Positions 15,648 through 23,933 of a stretch of 35,324 bases of DNA are shown in pieces. The translations under genes were made by a program, and so were the position numbers. A model generated the notes under the pieces. That model was not told the origin of the DNA, did no database searches, and saw nothing but the letters and a program-made list of their open reading frames with translations. The first letter of the stretch is position 1, and every line of letters begins with the position of its first letter. Origin of the DNA: a virus (taxonomy: Duplodnaviria > Caudoviricetes); the IMG/VR virus record IMGVR_UViG_3300048083_000047, positions 1-35,324 of that record; one strand, given 5' to 3'.

Positions 15648-16858
15648 AACGCATCGGCACAAAACTCGGCCCCCGGATGCTCGGAGCAAAGCGACTGCCC
15701 GAGTCGGTCTGGCTGACCGTCTCCCCCACGTCCAGGGTGGTGTCGGAGGGCGGCAGTTCCGTCATTGCCGGTGTGTCCGCCAACTGGACGCGGAGTACTA
15801 CCGCTACCGTCGCCCACGAAGCGATTGTGCAGGCGTTCGGGCGTCGGGAGTCGGATTTGGCTGGGCTGGTACTGTCATCCAGCAATCCTGACGTAGGTAC
15901 TGTCGCCCAGAACGGCCAAGTAACCCGCGTGACCAACGGGACCATCCGCGTGATTGCTCAGACCGCCGCCGGACTCCGCGTCCTGTCGCCGGTCATCGAG
16001 TTGAGCGAATCGTCCGGGCAGACGCAGGACACGTTCTTGTCGTGGATTGCAGGTTCCCTTGCTCGGTATCAGGCCGACCTCATTGACAGTGCCATCGCCA
16101 CGGGTGACCCGGCGGTGATGAAGCCGATGTACACCAGCGGCTACACCCGCAACCCGGCGTGTTGGCCCGCACTGCATACCGATCTTTCGTGTATCGACTG
16201 GGAGAAGCCGGGTTCGTGTTTGATTGGCTGGCAATACGGTCTTCAGGCCGAGCACTACGCTGACGGCGCTGATACCCGCGTTGCTACAGACGGCGAAGTA
16301 GCGACGCGAAATGTAATTGCTCGTATCAACATTGGTCCGCCAAACAGCGAGGACCGTTACGCCACCGACATCAGCGTCGTCAAGTACGCTTCGCCGTTCC
16401 CTGCAAAGTTCGTTCCGGCCTTGCTTCCCCCGAGCAACCTTCTGGACTACTTTGACCAGACACTGATGAGTACGAGTCTGTATCGCGTACCCATGCTGTG
16501 GAAAAATCAGAAGGGAAACGCCACGGTCGGGGACATGAACGGGTTCCACAACCACATCACGCCAATCCACCCGACAACTTCGTCAACCGTCCCAGTGGAC
16601 GAACGACGGTTGGCGTTCTACGAAACTAAAATCCCTGGTGACAGCGGCAGTCCCGGCTTCTGGTTCGTTCCCCACGAGGGCACAGGGTTCACCGATCGAC
16701 TCATGCTCATCAGCCTCCTGACCTACGGCGGGGCCGGTAGAGGTCCAGGTATCTGGGCCTGGGTGAACGACATCATCGCCGCCATCGTGGCCATGGGCGG
16801 ATCGGCTGAGGATGTGACGATCGCTGACCTGACCTCTTACTTGACATTTGGAGCATGA
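15644..16858 (+). CDS. Ig-like (Big_2) domain plus trypsin-like serine protease (404 aa)
   Basis: SSSNPDVGTVAQNGQVTRVTNGTIRVIA (Big_2); triad AEHY (H, 16253), TDISVV (D, 16367), GDSGSP (S, 16643). Confidence 0.72.
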   Translation: MKRIGTKLGPRMLGAKRLPESVWLTVSPTSRVVSEGGSSVIAGVSANWTRSTTATVAHEAIVQAFGRRESDLAGLVLSSSNPDVGTVAQNGQVTRVTNGTIRVIAQTAAGLRVLSPVIELSESSGQTQDTFLSWIAGSLARYQADLIDSAIATGDPAVMKPMYTSGYTRNPACWPALHTDLSCIDWEKPGSCLIGWQYGLQAEHYADGADTRVATDGEVATRNVIARINIGPPNSEDRYATDISVVKYASPFPAKFVPALLPPSNLLDYFDQTLMSTSLYRVPMLWKNQKGNATVGDMNGFHNHITPIHPTTSSTVPVDERRLAFYETKIPGDSGSPGFWFVPHEGTGFTDRLMLISLLTYGGAGRGPGIWAWVNDIIAAIVAMGGSAEDVTIADLTSYLTFGA

Positions 16859-16862
16859 TGCG

Positions 16863-18110
16863 ATGGCCGATGAAATCCAACACTTTGACGACACGGGTCT
16901 CGCGCTCTACGCCAAGCCCCTACCCCTGGACACCATCTCGTGGACAGGCGATGTGGAGGCCCTGACGGAGATCGCCGGGTGCGACGGCTACTACGCCGCT
17001 GACATTGGCAGCCCGGCTGACGCCTACGCGGTGTTCCTGCAGGCTGGGGGATCGCCGGCGGCCACCGACACAGCTATCGCGACCATCACTCGCGTGGCTC
17101 AGGCGGATGTGCTGCGCATTTCCGGTGACGAGACCGCCGCCGACAATCTGGAGGCCGCCGCCGACGGCACTGGCTACAACTTGGGCGGCGGGGACATCGT
17201 GGTCGCGAACGTCACAGGCTCGATCGGCTCGCTCGCCGCGCAGGCCAAGGCGGATGTCAACGCCGAGGTGGACCAGGCGATCACCGATGCGCAGCTTGCA
17301 ACTGCGGCGCAGGCATCGGCCATCGAGACGGACACTCAGGATGTGCAGGCCCAGATCGGAGCGGCCGGGGCGGGCCTGACCGCCCTGGGCGACGCTCGCC
17401 TGGCGCGCCTGGACGCGGCCGTGAGCTCGCGGGCCGTGGCTGGGGACGCCATGACGCTCACCGCCGGCGAGCGGACGAGCGTTGCGGCGGCGGTGTGGGC
17501 GGCCACCACGCGGACGCTCAGCGGCTTTGGCACGCTGATCGCCGATCTGTGGGCCCACGCCACCCGCCGCCTCAGCGACCGCACCACGGGTGACGGGAGC
17601 GTGATTGCGGCGGCGGGCGCGGATGCGGACACGCTCAAGAGCGTGTCTGACCAGATTGACGCGGTGGCCGCCGGCGTGGCCACGGTGTTGGCCCGCACAG
17701 CAGCCGGCGTGACCATCGCCGTCGGATCGCACATCGCCACCGACGGCGTCACCCTGGAGTTGGTGCAGGGCGAGTCCTACCTGGCCGCCATCAACAACCG
17801 CCTCGAAATCGACGTCACCGACGGCCGGCTGCCGGCGACGGCGCAAAGCGACGGGACCGTGCCGGTACTTCGGATCGTGCCGGTGGGACGTGAGGCTGCG
17901 GCCTTGACGATCACCGGAGTGATGGTGAGCCACGACCCCGAGATTGGCGCGGCGACGGTCGGTTTCGAGGTCACGCAAGCACAGACCGCGGGCCTGTCGC
18001 CCGGGGTCAACAACGTCTGGGAACTGGACTTCATGGTCGCCGGCAACGCGGCCCACGCGCTCACCAGTGTGGTGGAAGCGCCGTGCCGGGTGCGTCGGCA
18101 GATCGCGTGA
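16863..18110 (+). CDS. Ala-rich putative virion protein (415 aa)
   Basis: GGAG SD; repeated VWAATTRTLS/LWAHATRRLS; helical stalk plus beta-rich C-terminus. Confidence 0.6.
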   Translation: MADEIQHFDDTGLALYAKPLPLDTISWTGDVEALTEIAGCDGYYAADIGSPADAYAVFLQAGGSPAATDTAIATITRVAQADVLRISGDETAADNLEAAADGTGYNLGGGDIVVANVTGSIGSLAAQAKADVNAEVDQAITDAQLATAAQASAIETDTQDVQAQIGAAGAGLTALGDARLARLDAAVSSRAVAGDAMTLTAGERTSVAAAVWAATTRTLSGFGTLIADLWAHATRRLSDRTTGDGSVIAAAGADADTLKSVSDQIDAVAAGVATVLARTAAGVTIAVGSHIATDGVTLELVQGESYLAAINNRLEIDVTDGRLPATAQSDGTVPVLRIVPVGREAAALTITGVMVSHDPEIGAATVGFEVTQAQTAGLSPGVNNVWELDFMVAGNAAHALTSVVEAPCRVRRQIA

Positions 18111-18172
18111 CAGGCCTTCAGACACAAAGAGCAAAACACAGGGCGGATCACCTAGGCGGGTGGAGCCACGCC

Positions 18173-18625
18173 ATGCAGTACGATCCCATCGCCATCACCG
18201 CTTTGGCCAAGTGCGTCAACGAAGATGACGCCAAAGGCGCGATCGCCGAGGTGCCCGAGGGCCTGACCGCCGACCTGTCCTTCCTGGTCCGGGTCTCGGG
18301 CATGCTCAAGCGCGGCAGATCGTGCGAGGTCAAGCCAACCGCCAACCTGCTCTCCAAGTCGTTCATCGGCGAACTGCTGCGCCGCATGGGCGTTACCCGA
18401 GAAGCGGCCAAGAAGCACCTGCGGGCCATAGCCCAGGAGGCGCTGGCTGCCGGGGGGCGCGTCGGCGATGGATTGGTCAACGCCAACCCCGAACTGCTGC
18501 TGGCCGTCAAGGAGGTCGAGGACGAACTGATCGCCAAGCTGCCCAAGGCCAAGCGGGCCGGCGCGATCAGAGCCATACTCACCACGGACCTGAGCGACAT
18601 CCAGATTCATCGGCAAGCGGCATAG
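18173..18625 (+). CDS. Hypothetical protein (150 aa)
   Basis: GGAG SD, strong GC3 bias. Confidence 0.75.
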   Translation: MQYDPIAITALAKCVNEDDAKGAIAEVPEGLTADLSFLVRVSGMLKRGRSCEVKPTANLLSKSFIGELLRRMGVTREAAKKHLRAIAQEALAAGGRVGDGLVNANPELLLAVKEVEDELIAKLPKAKRAGAIRAILTTDLSDIQIHRQAA

Positions 18626-18646
18626 CCGGGGGGCGCACCTGGGCGG

Positions 18647-19468
18647 GTGCGAGGCATTTCCATCGACAGAATTCTCGCCGATCGCTTGCTGGCGCCTCTC
18701 GCCGATCGCCTGCTGCGCGTGGCCTACGCCCAAGCCCGCCGCCACGGACTCACATCATCCGAGGCAGACGACATCGCCGCAGACGCCCTGGCTCAGGTGG
18801 CGCTGAAGAGTCTGCCCCGCTTTGATGAAAGCCGGGGGTCGGTGCGGGGCTACCTCGTCGTGTGCATCCGCAACGCGGCCACCACCCTGTCCCGCCGCCA
18901 TCTGCGCCGCCGGCGACCGCCGGTGATCGCGTCCGAGTCCATTGAACGCGACGGGCGCAACGCCAAACCCCTCACGCCGGCGCTGGACCGCCGCATCGAG
19001 ACTGTGGCCCTGCTGGTGTTCCGCTGCCCTGAGCGGTTGGGTTTCACGGCGAGACAGTGCGAGGTGCTGCGGGCGGTACTCCACCCCAAACGGCCGACCC
19101 TGGCCGTGGTGGCGCGACGGTTGGGGTACGCGGCCCCGGCCCAGCTCTCGCGCATCCTATCGCGCATCCGGGGCCGGTTGCTGGCGCTGGATCTGCCCAA
19201 CTGCGCCATCGACGGGCCGTACATCCATCAGCCATGCCCCATCGCCCGCCGTCATCCCGAGCCCAATCCGTCCGCGTCCGGGCCGCAGACAGCCGGCTCT
19301 GCGCCTCGCGCCGCGGCTACGACCGTCGCCACGCGGCATGGCGCCGGACGATCCTCAGCCGCGATCCCCTGTGCGTCGAGTGCCGCAAACGCCGCCGCCT
19401 CCGGCCGGCGACGGTCGCCGACCACATCGTCCCGATCGCGGTCGACCCGGACCGCCGCCTCGACGTGA
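18647..19468 (+). CDS. ECF-like sigma70 factor
   Basis: Region 2 EADDIAADAL...LPRFDESRGSVRGYLVVCIRNAA; region 4 FTARQCEVL...TLAVVARRLGY...LSRIRGRL. Start uncertain; 3' end overlaps the HNH gene. Confidence 0.75.
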   Translation: MRGISIDRILADRLLAPLADRLLRVAYAQARRHGLTSSEADDIAADALAQVALKSLPRFDESRGSVRGYLVVCIRNAATTLSRRHLRRRRPPVIASESIERDGRNAKPLTPALDRRIETVALLVFRCPERLGFTARQCEVLRAVLHPKRPTLAVVARRLGYAAPAQLSRILSRIRGRLLALDLPNCAIDGPYIHQPCPIARRHPEPNPSASGPQTAGSAPRAAATTVATRHGAGRSSAAIPCASSAANAAASGRRRSPTTSSRSRSTRTAAST

Positions 19469-19572
19469 CCAACGGCCGGGGCCTCTGCGCCACCTGCCAC
19501 GCCATCATCACCGACCGATTCAAACGCACCGGCATCAACGAGATGCCCGCACCCTCTGGAGCCAGCCCATGA
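19234..19572 (+). CDS. HNH endonuclease (HK97 gp74-like terminase cofactor)
   Basis: RGYD..W...LSRDPLCVEC...ATVADHIVP...N..GLCATCH; located just before cos and terminase. Confidence 0.9.
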   Translation: MPHRPPSSRAQSVRVRAADSRLCASRRGYDRRHAAWRRTILSRDPLCVECRKRRRLRPATVADHIVPIAVDPDRRLDVTNGRGLCATCHAIITDRFKRTGINEMPAPSGASP

Positions 19573-19832
19573 TCGGTATCAAGCTCATCGCCGTCACCAC
19601 CGCCGCCGGCACCGTGCTGGGCGCGGCTCAGATCGTGGACCAGCAGACGCTGCTCCCGTTCAGCCTGTTCGCCGGTGGCATCGTGGGAGCCTGCGTGTTG
19701 GGCTGGAAGGCCGCCCTCTATGTAGGCGAACTCAAGGCCCTGCGCGAGCGCGTGCAGAGCCTGGAGGCCCTCCTGGGCGTCCAGCGGACCGCCGGCGGGC
19801 GCGGCGCCGGGGAGGGGGGTGGCAAAAGCTGA
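19569..19832 (+). CDS. Small membrane protein with C-terminal coiled coil (87 aa)
   Basis: GGAG SD, ATGA overlap; two hydrophobic segments; ELKALRERVQSLE. Confidence 0.6.
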   Translation: MIGIKLIAVTTAAGTVLGAAQIVDQQTLLPFSLFAGGIVGACVLGWKAALYVGELKALRERVQSLEALLGVQRTAGGRGAGEGGGKS

Positions 19833-19901
19833 GGGCGAGCGCGGGGAGACCGACGCCCTTAGCTCAATTTTTTCACCCGCGAAATTCCATAGGGGGGGGG
19901 T
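19809..19901 (+). other. Probable cos packaging region
   Basis: GGGGAGGGGGG...GAGACCGACGCCCT...CGCGAAATT...G9 between HNH and terminase genes, the layout typical of cos phages with P27 TerS. Confidence 0.6.
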
Positions 19902-20037
19902 GCGATCCCCGGAGAGCCGACGGGGGGGGGAACTTCCGAGGAGGCAACACAAGCGGGGCGGCCGGCTGCAGCAACAGCACGACCACCCCTGACCACTGAA
20001 CCACGTCGAAACAGGCGACGCAGCCCAGGAGCTGCCG

Positions 20038-21666
20038 ATGCCATCGCCCAAAAAGAAGGGCCGCTTTAGCGCCTCGACCACGACCGCCGCCAAGGAAACG
20101 AAGATCACGACCATCGACCTGGACCAGCTTGTGCCAGACCCCGCCAACGCGCGGCGGCACACCGACCGCAACCGCACCGCCGTGGACCGCTCACTGCAGA
20201 CCTTCGGCGCGGCCAGGTCGCTGGTGGCCGACGGCAAGGGGGTGGTCCGGGCCGGCAACCAGACCCTCGAAAGCGCCAAGAAGGCGGGGATCACCAAGGC
20301 GGTGGTGATCGAGACCGACGGCCGCGAACTGATCGTGGTCAAGCGCCACGACTGGAGCGCGACCGAGGCAGCGGCTTACGCGCTGGCCGACAACCGCACC
20401 GCCGAACTGGCCGAGTGGAACAACGAAGTGCTCGCCGCCCAGCTCGGGGCCCTGACCGCCGACGGATTCGATCTGGGCCTGGTCGGCTTCGAGGCTGACG
20501 AGGTTGCACAGTTGTTGGGATCCGCCGAGGCCGCCGGCCGCACCGACCCCGACGCGATCCCTGACCCGCCCGACGCGGCGACCACCAAGCGCGGTGATAT
20601 CTGGCTGCTCGGCGACCACCGCCTGATGTGCGGCAACAGCGCCGATGACGCCGAGCTCGACCGGCTGCTCGATGGCGTCAAGGTTCACCTGGTCAACACC
20701 GACCCTCCGTACAACGTGAAGGTCGAGCCGCGCAGCAACAACGCGATCGCCGCCGGCCTCTCTTCGTTCGAAAAAACCGGCGTCAAGCAGGGGCGCGAGC
20801 TGCAGAATCAGCGCTTCCTCAAGGTCCAGCGGGCGGCCACCCATCACCAGCGGTTCGACGCGGCTCGCCGCCCAAGCGTGAAGGAGCCGACCCACCGCAA
20901 GCTCCGCGCCAAGGACCGGCCGCTGGCCAACGACTTCGTGAGCGACGCCGAGTTCGAGAAGCTGCTGGCCGGGTGGTTCGGCAACATCGGCCGTGTGCTG
21001 CGGGCCGGGCACGCGTTCTACATCTGGGGCGGCTACGCCAACTGCAGCAACTACCCGCCGGCGCTCAAGGCCGCGGGCCTCTACCTCTCCCAGGCGATCA
21101 TCTGGGTGAAGGAACACGCGGTGCTCACCCGCAAGGACTTCATGGGCAACCACGAGTGGTGTTTCTACGGGTGGCGCGAGGGCGCCGCGCACCGCTTCTT
21201 CGGCGCGGCCAACGTGCCTGACACCTGGGAGTTGCAGCGGACCAAGTCCGCCGGGTACCAGATCGGCCGCGGCATCCGCATCGCCACGGCGGGCGGGTCG
21301 CAGATCGACCTGTTGCCGGCCAACCCCGACCGCAAGCTGCGCACGATCACCGCCGACGACGCCGGCGTGATCGTGCAGGGTCCGGCCGAGCCGACCGACC
21401 TGTGGCGGGTGAAGAAGGTCACGCCCCAAGCGATGGTCCACCTGACTGAGAAGCCCGTCGAGCTGGCGGCCCGGGCGCTGCACTACTCGTCGCAACCAGG
21501 CGAGCACGTGCTCGACCTCTTCGGCGGCAGCGGCTCGACACTCATCGCGGCCGAGCAGCTGCACCGGCGGGCGTACCTCATGGAGCTGGACCCGCCTTAC
21601 TGCGACGTGATCGTCCGGCGCTACGAGCAGTTCACCGGGCGCAAGGCCGAGAGGATCACAGCGTGA
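20038..21666 (+). CDS. ParB-N fused N6A/N4C DNA methyltransferase (beta class)
   Basis: NARRH...SLQTFG...ADNRTAELAEW; GDHRLMCG; TDPPYN (motif IV); HLTEKPV; VLDLFGGSGSTL (motif I). Confidence 0.93.
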   Translation: MPSPKKKGRFSASTTTAAKETKITTIDLDQLVPDPANARRHTDRNRTAVDRSLQTFGAARSLVADGKGVVRAGNQTLESAKKAGITKAVVIETDGRELIVVKRHDWSATEAAAYALADNRTAELAEWNNEVLAAQLGALTADGFDLGLVGFEADEVAQLLGSAEAAGRTDPDAIPDPPDAATTKRGDIWLLGDHRLMCGNSADDAELDRLLDGVKVHLVNTDPPYNVKVEPRSNNAIAAGLSSFEKTGVKQGRELQNQRFLKVQRAATHHQRFDAARRPSVKEPTHRKLRAKDRPLANDFVSDAEFEKLLAGWFGNIGRVLRAGHAFYIWGGYANCSNYPPALKAAGLYLSQAIIWVKEHAVLTRKDFMGNHEWCFYGWREGAAHRFFGAANVPDTWELQRTKSAGYQIGRGIRIATAGGSQIDLLPANPDRKLRTITADDAGVIVQGPAEPTDLWRVKKVTPQAMVHLTEKPVELAARALHYSSQPGEHVLDLFGGSGSTLIAAEQLHRRAYLMELDPPYCDVIVRRYEQFTGRKAERITA

Positions 21667-22130
21667 GAGGCCGGCCGCCCAAACCCACCGCGCTCAAGAA
21701 TGCCGAGGGCAACCTGGGCCACCGGGCGGTGAACACCGCCGAGCCCCGCCCGGCGGCGGCGGTGCCCTCGTGCCCCTCGCACCTTGGCCCCCAGGCCAAG
21801 CGCGAATGGCAGCGGGTAGGCAAACTCCTGGCCCGTCACGGCCTGCTCACCGAGGTCGATCGCGCCGCCCTGGCCGCGTACTGCACGGCCTACGGCCGCT
21901 GGGTCGAGGCCGAGGAGCAGGTCCGCACGCTGGGGCCGGTGGTCAAGAGCCCGACCGGGTATCCGATCCAGAACCCCTACCTGGCGATCGCCAACAAGGC
22001 GATGCAGCAACTAACCCGGCTGCTCGGGGAGTTTGGCATGTCCCCCTCGAGCCGGGCCCGCGTGGCGATGACCCAGCCCGACGACGCCGGTGATCCGGGC
22101 GCCGTGCTGCGGTTCCCTGGAAGCAAGTGA
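21663..22130 (+). CDS. terS: Terminase small subunit, P27 family
   Basis: RGRPPKPT..K..EGN.G; AKREW; DRAALAAYC; QNPYL; EFGMSPSSR. Confidence 0.95.
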   Translation: MRGRPPKPTALKNAEGNLGHRAVNTAEPRPAAAVPSCPSHLGPQAKREWQRVGKLLARHGLLTEVDRAALAAYCTAYGRWVEAEEQVRTLGPVVKSPTGYPIQNPYLAIANKAMQQLTRLLGEFGMSPSSRARVAMTQPDDAGDPGAVLRFPGSK

Positions 22131-23911
22131 TGGCGCCGAAGAAAAAAAAGCCGGTGCCGCGCCAGGTTGGTTTGCCCAAAGATCTGGTCAATCGCTGCCG
22201 GCGGATTACGACCGAGCAGGTCCGCTTGGCCGCAATCGGCTACCGCGCCGCACTTGGCGAGGGCTGGGCCGACCAAGTGCGCAGCGCCCAGGACGTCTAC
22301 GCCCTGGCCGAAGGGTGCCGGTTCGACGCCCGCTTCGCCGACCACGCCCAGCGGTTCTTCGAGGCGGGCCTGGTCCATGCGACCGGGCGGTGGGCGGGCG
22401 AGCCCTTTACCTTGATGCCCTGGCAGCGGGACCAGGTCGTGCGACCGCTGTTCGGCTGGCGCCGTCCCGACGGGTCGCGCCGCTTCCGGTCTGCGTTCAT
22501 CTACATCCCCAAGAAAAACGGCAAGACCTCCCTCTCGGCCGGGCTGATGCTCTACAGCCTGGTCGCAGAGCCGGACCCCGACCACTTGGGCCGCAGCGAG
22601 CCCGCGGCCGAGGTGTACGCGGCCTCGACGTCGGCTGAGGTGGGATCGATCCTCTACCGCGAAGCGCGGAAGCTGGCGACCAAGTCCCCCGCGCTCCAGA
22701 CCCGCTTGCGTTGCCTGGACCAGACCAGGCGCATCCTCTACCCGGCGACGAGCAGCTTCGTTCGGGTGCTGCCCCACAAGGCCGAGTCGGCCGAGGGCAT
22801 GATCGCCTCGGCGGTGTTCCTGGACGAGGTCCACGCGATGAAGAGCCGCAAGCTCTACGCCGCCCTGCGCTGGGCCGGCGCCGCCCGCCGCCAGCCGCTC
22901 TTCGTGGAGATCACCACCGCGGGCGTGGACACCGAATCGCTGTGGCGCGACCGCTACCGCTACACCAAGCGCGTGATCGACGGCGAGCACGTGGACACCG
23001 CCCACCTGGGCGTGATCTACGAGGCCGACGCCGGCTGCCGCATCGACGACCCGGCCCAGCACCGCAAGAGCAACCCGTCGCTCGGGGAGACCATCGACCC
23101 CGCCGACCTGATGACCGAGGCCAAGCAGGCCCTGGCCGAGGGTGGGCCGGCCATCGCCGAGTTCCGCCGCTACCGCCTCAACCAGGCGGTGGGCGCGGCG
23201 GTGGCGTGGATCTCGCCCGACGTGTGGGACAAGGGGCAGCGCCCCTTCAGCCTCGAGGAACTGACCGAGCGTCCCTGCTACGGCGGCCTGGACCTGGCCA
23301 AGGTCTCCGACTTCACGTCGCTGTGCCTGTTGTGGCCGCCTCCCCTGGACGAGGCCGAGCGCGGCGCGTGGTTCGGGGCGTGGTGGTTCTGGATTCCCCG
23401 GGCCGCGGTCGAGCAGCGCCTCATCGCCGGCGACACCAGCTACCAGGACTGGGCCGCCGCCGGCCTCATCGAGGTCACCGACGGCGACACCACCGACCAC
23501 CAGGTGGTACGGGCCCGCATCAACACCCTGGCCCAGCGCTTCAAAATCATCCGCCTGGGCATCGACCGCGGCTTCGAGGGCTGGCAGTTCACCCAGGACC
23601 TGTTCAACGACGACGAGCTGCCGGCGGTGGGCGTGGGCCAAGGCTGGCGGTCGCAGGACGTACCTATGCAGCGGATCGAGGCCCTGGTCCGCGACGCGCG
23701 GCTCAACGCCGGAGGCAACCCCATCATGCGGTGGCAGATCGGCAACGCGGTGGCCAAGCGGGTCGGGTCCAACGGCAACTACCACCTGGACAAGGAGCGG
23801 GCCAAGGACAAGGTGGACGGCGTCGCCGCCCTCATCAACGCGATGCACGTCGCCGAGGCCACGCCGCCCCATGACGAGCAGCCCTACTACACCGAGTGCC
23901 CACTCATCTGA
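22130..23911 (+). CDS. terL: Terminase large subunit
   Basis: LMPWQ, Walker A PKKNGKT, Walker B FLDEVH, ITTAG, nuclease GGLDLA...D, KVDGVAA. Confidence 0.97.
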   Translation: MAPKKKKPVPRQVGLPKDLVNRCRRITTEQVRLAAIGYRAALGEGWADQVRSAQDVYALAEGCRFDARFADHAQRFFEAGLVHATGRWAGEPFTLMPWQRDQVVRPLFGWRRPDGSRRFRSAFIYIPKKNGKTSLSAGLMLYSLVAEPDPDHLGRSEPAAEVYAASTSAEVGSILYREARKLATKSPALQTRLRCLDQTRRILYPATSSFVRVLPHKAESAEGMIASAVFLDEVHAMKSRKLYAALRWAGAARRQPLFVEITTAGVDTESLWRDRYRYTKRVIDGEHVDTAHLGVIYEADAGCRIDDPAQHRKSNPSLGETIDPADLMTEAKQALAEGGPAIAEFRRYRLNQAVGAAVAWISPDVWDKGQRPFSLEELTERPCYGGLDLAKVSDFTSLCLLWPPPLDEAERGAWFGAWWFWIPRAAVEQRLIAGDTSYQDWAAAGLIEVTDGDTTDHQVVRARINTLAQRFKIIRLGIDRGFEGWQFTQDLFNDDELPAVGVGQGWRSQDVPMQRIEALVRDARLNAGGNPIMRWQIGNAVAKRVGSNGNYHLDKERAKDKVDGVAALINAMHVAEATPPHDEQPYYTECPLI

Positions 23912-23933
23912 ACCCCGCCCCCGGAAGTTGCCG

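Noticed and set aside
14247-16858. Diversity-generating retroelement suggested by the Mtd-like motif
   Set aside because: No reverse transcriptase and no TR/VR repeat pair seen in the window.
20038-23911. Inteins or introns in the MTase or TerL
   Set aside because: No intein terminal motifs or LAGLIDADG blocks; TerL length is normal.
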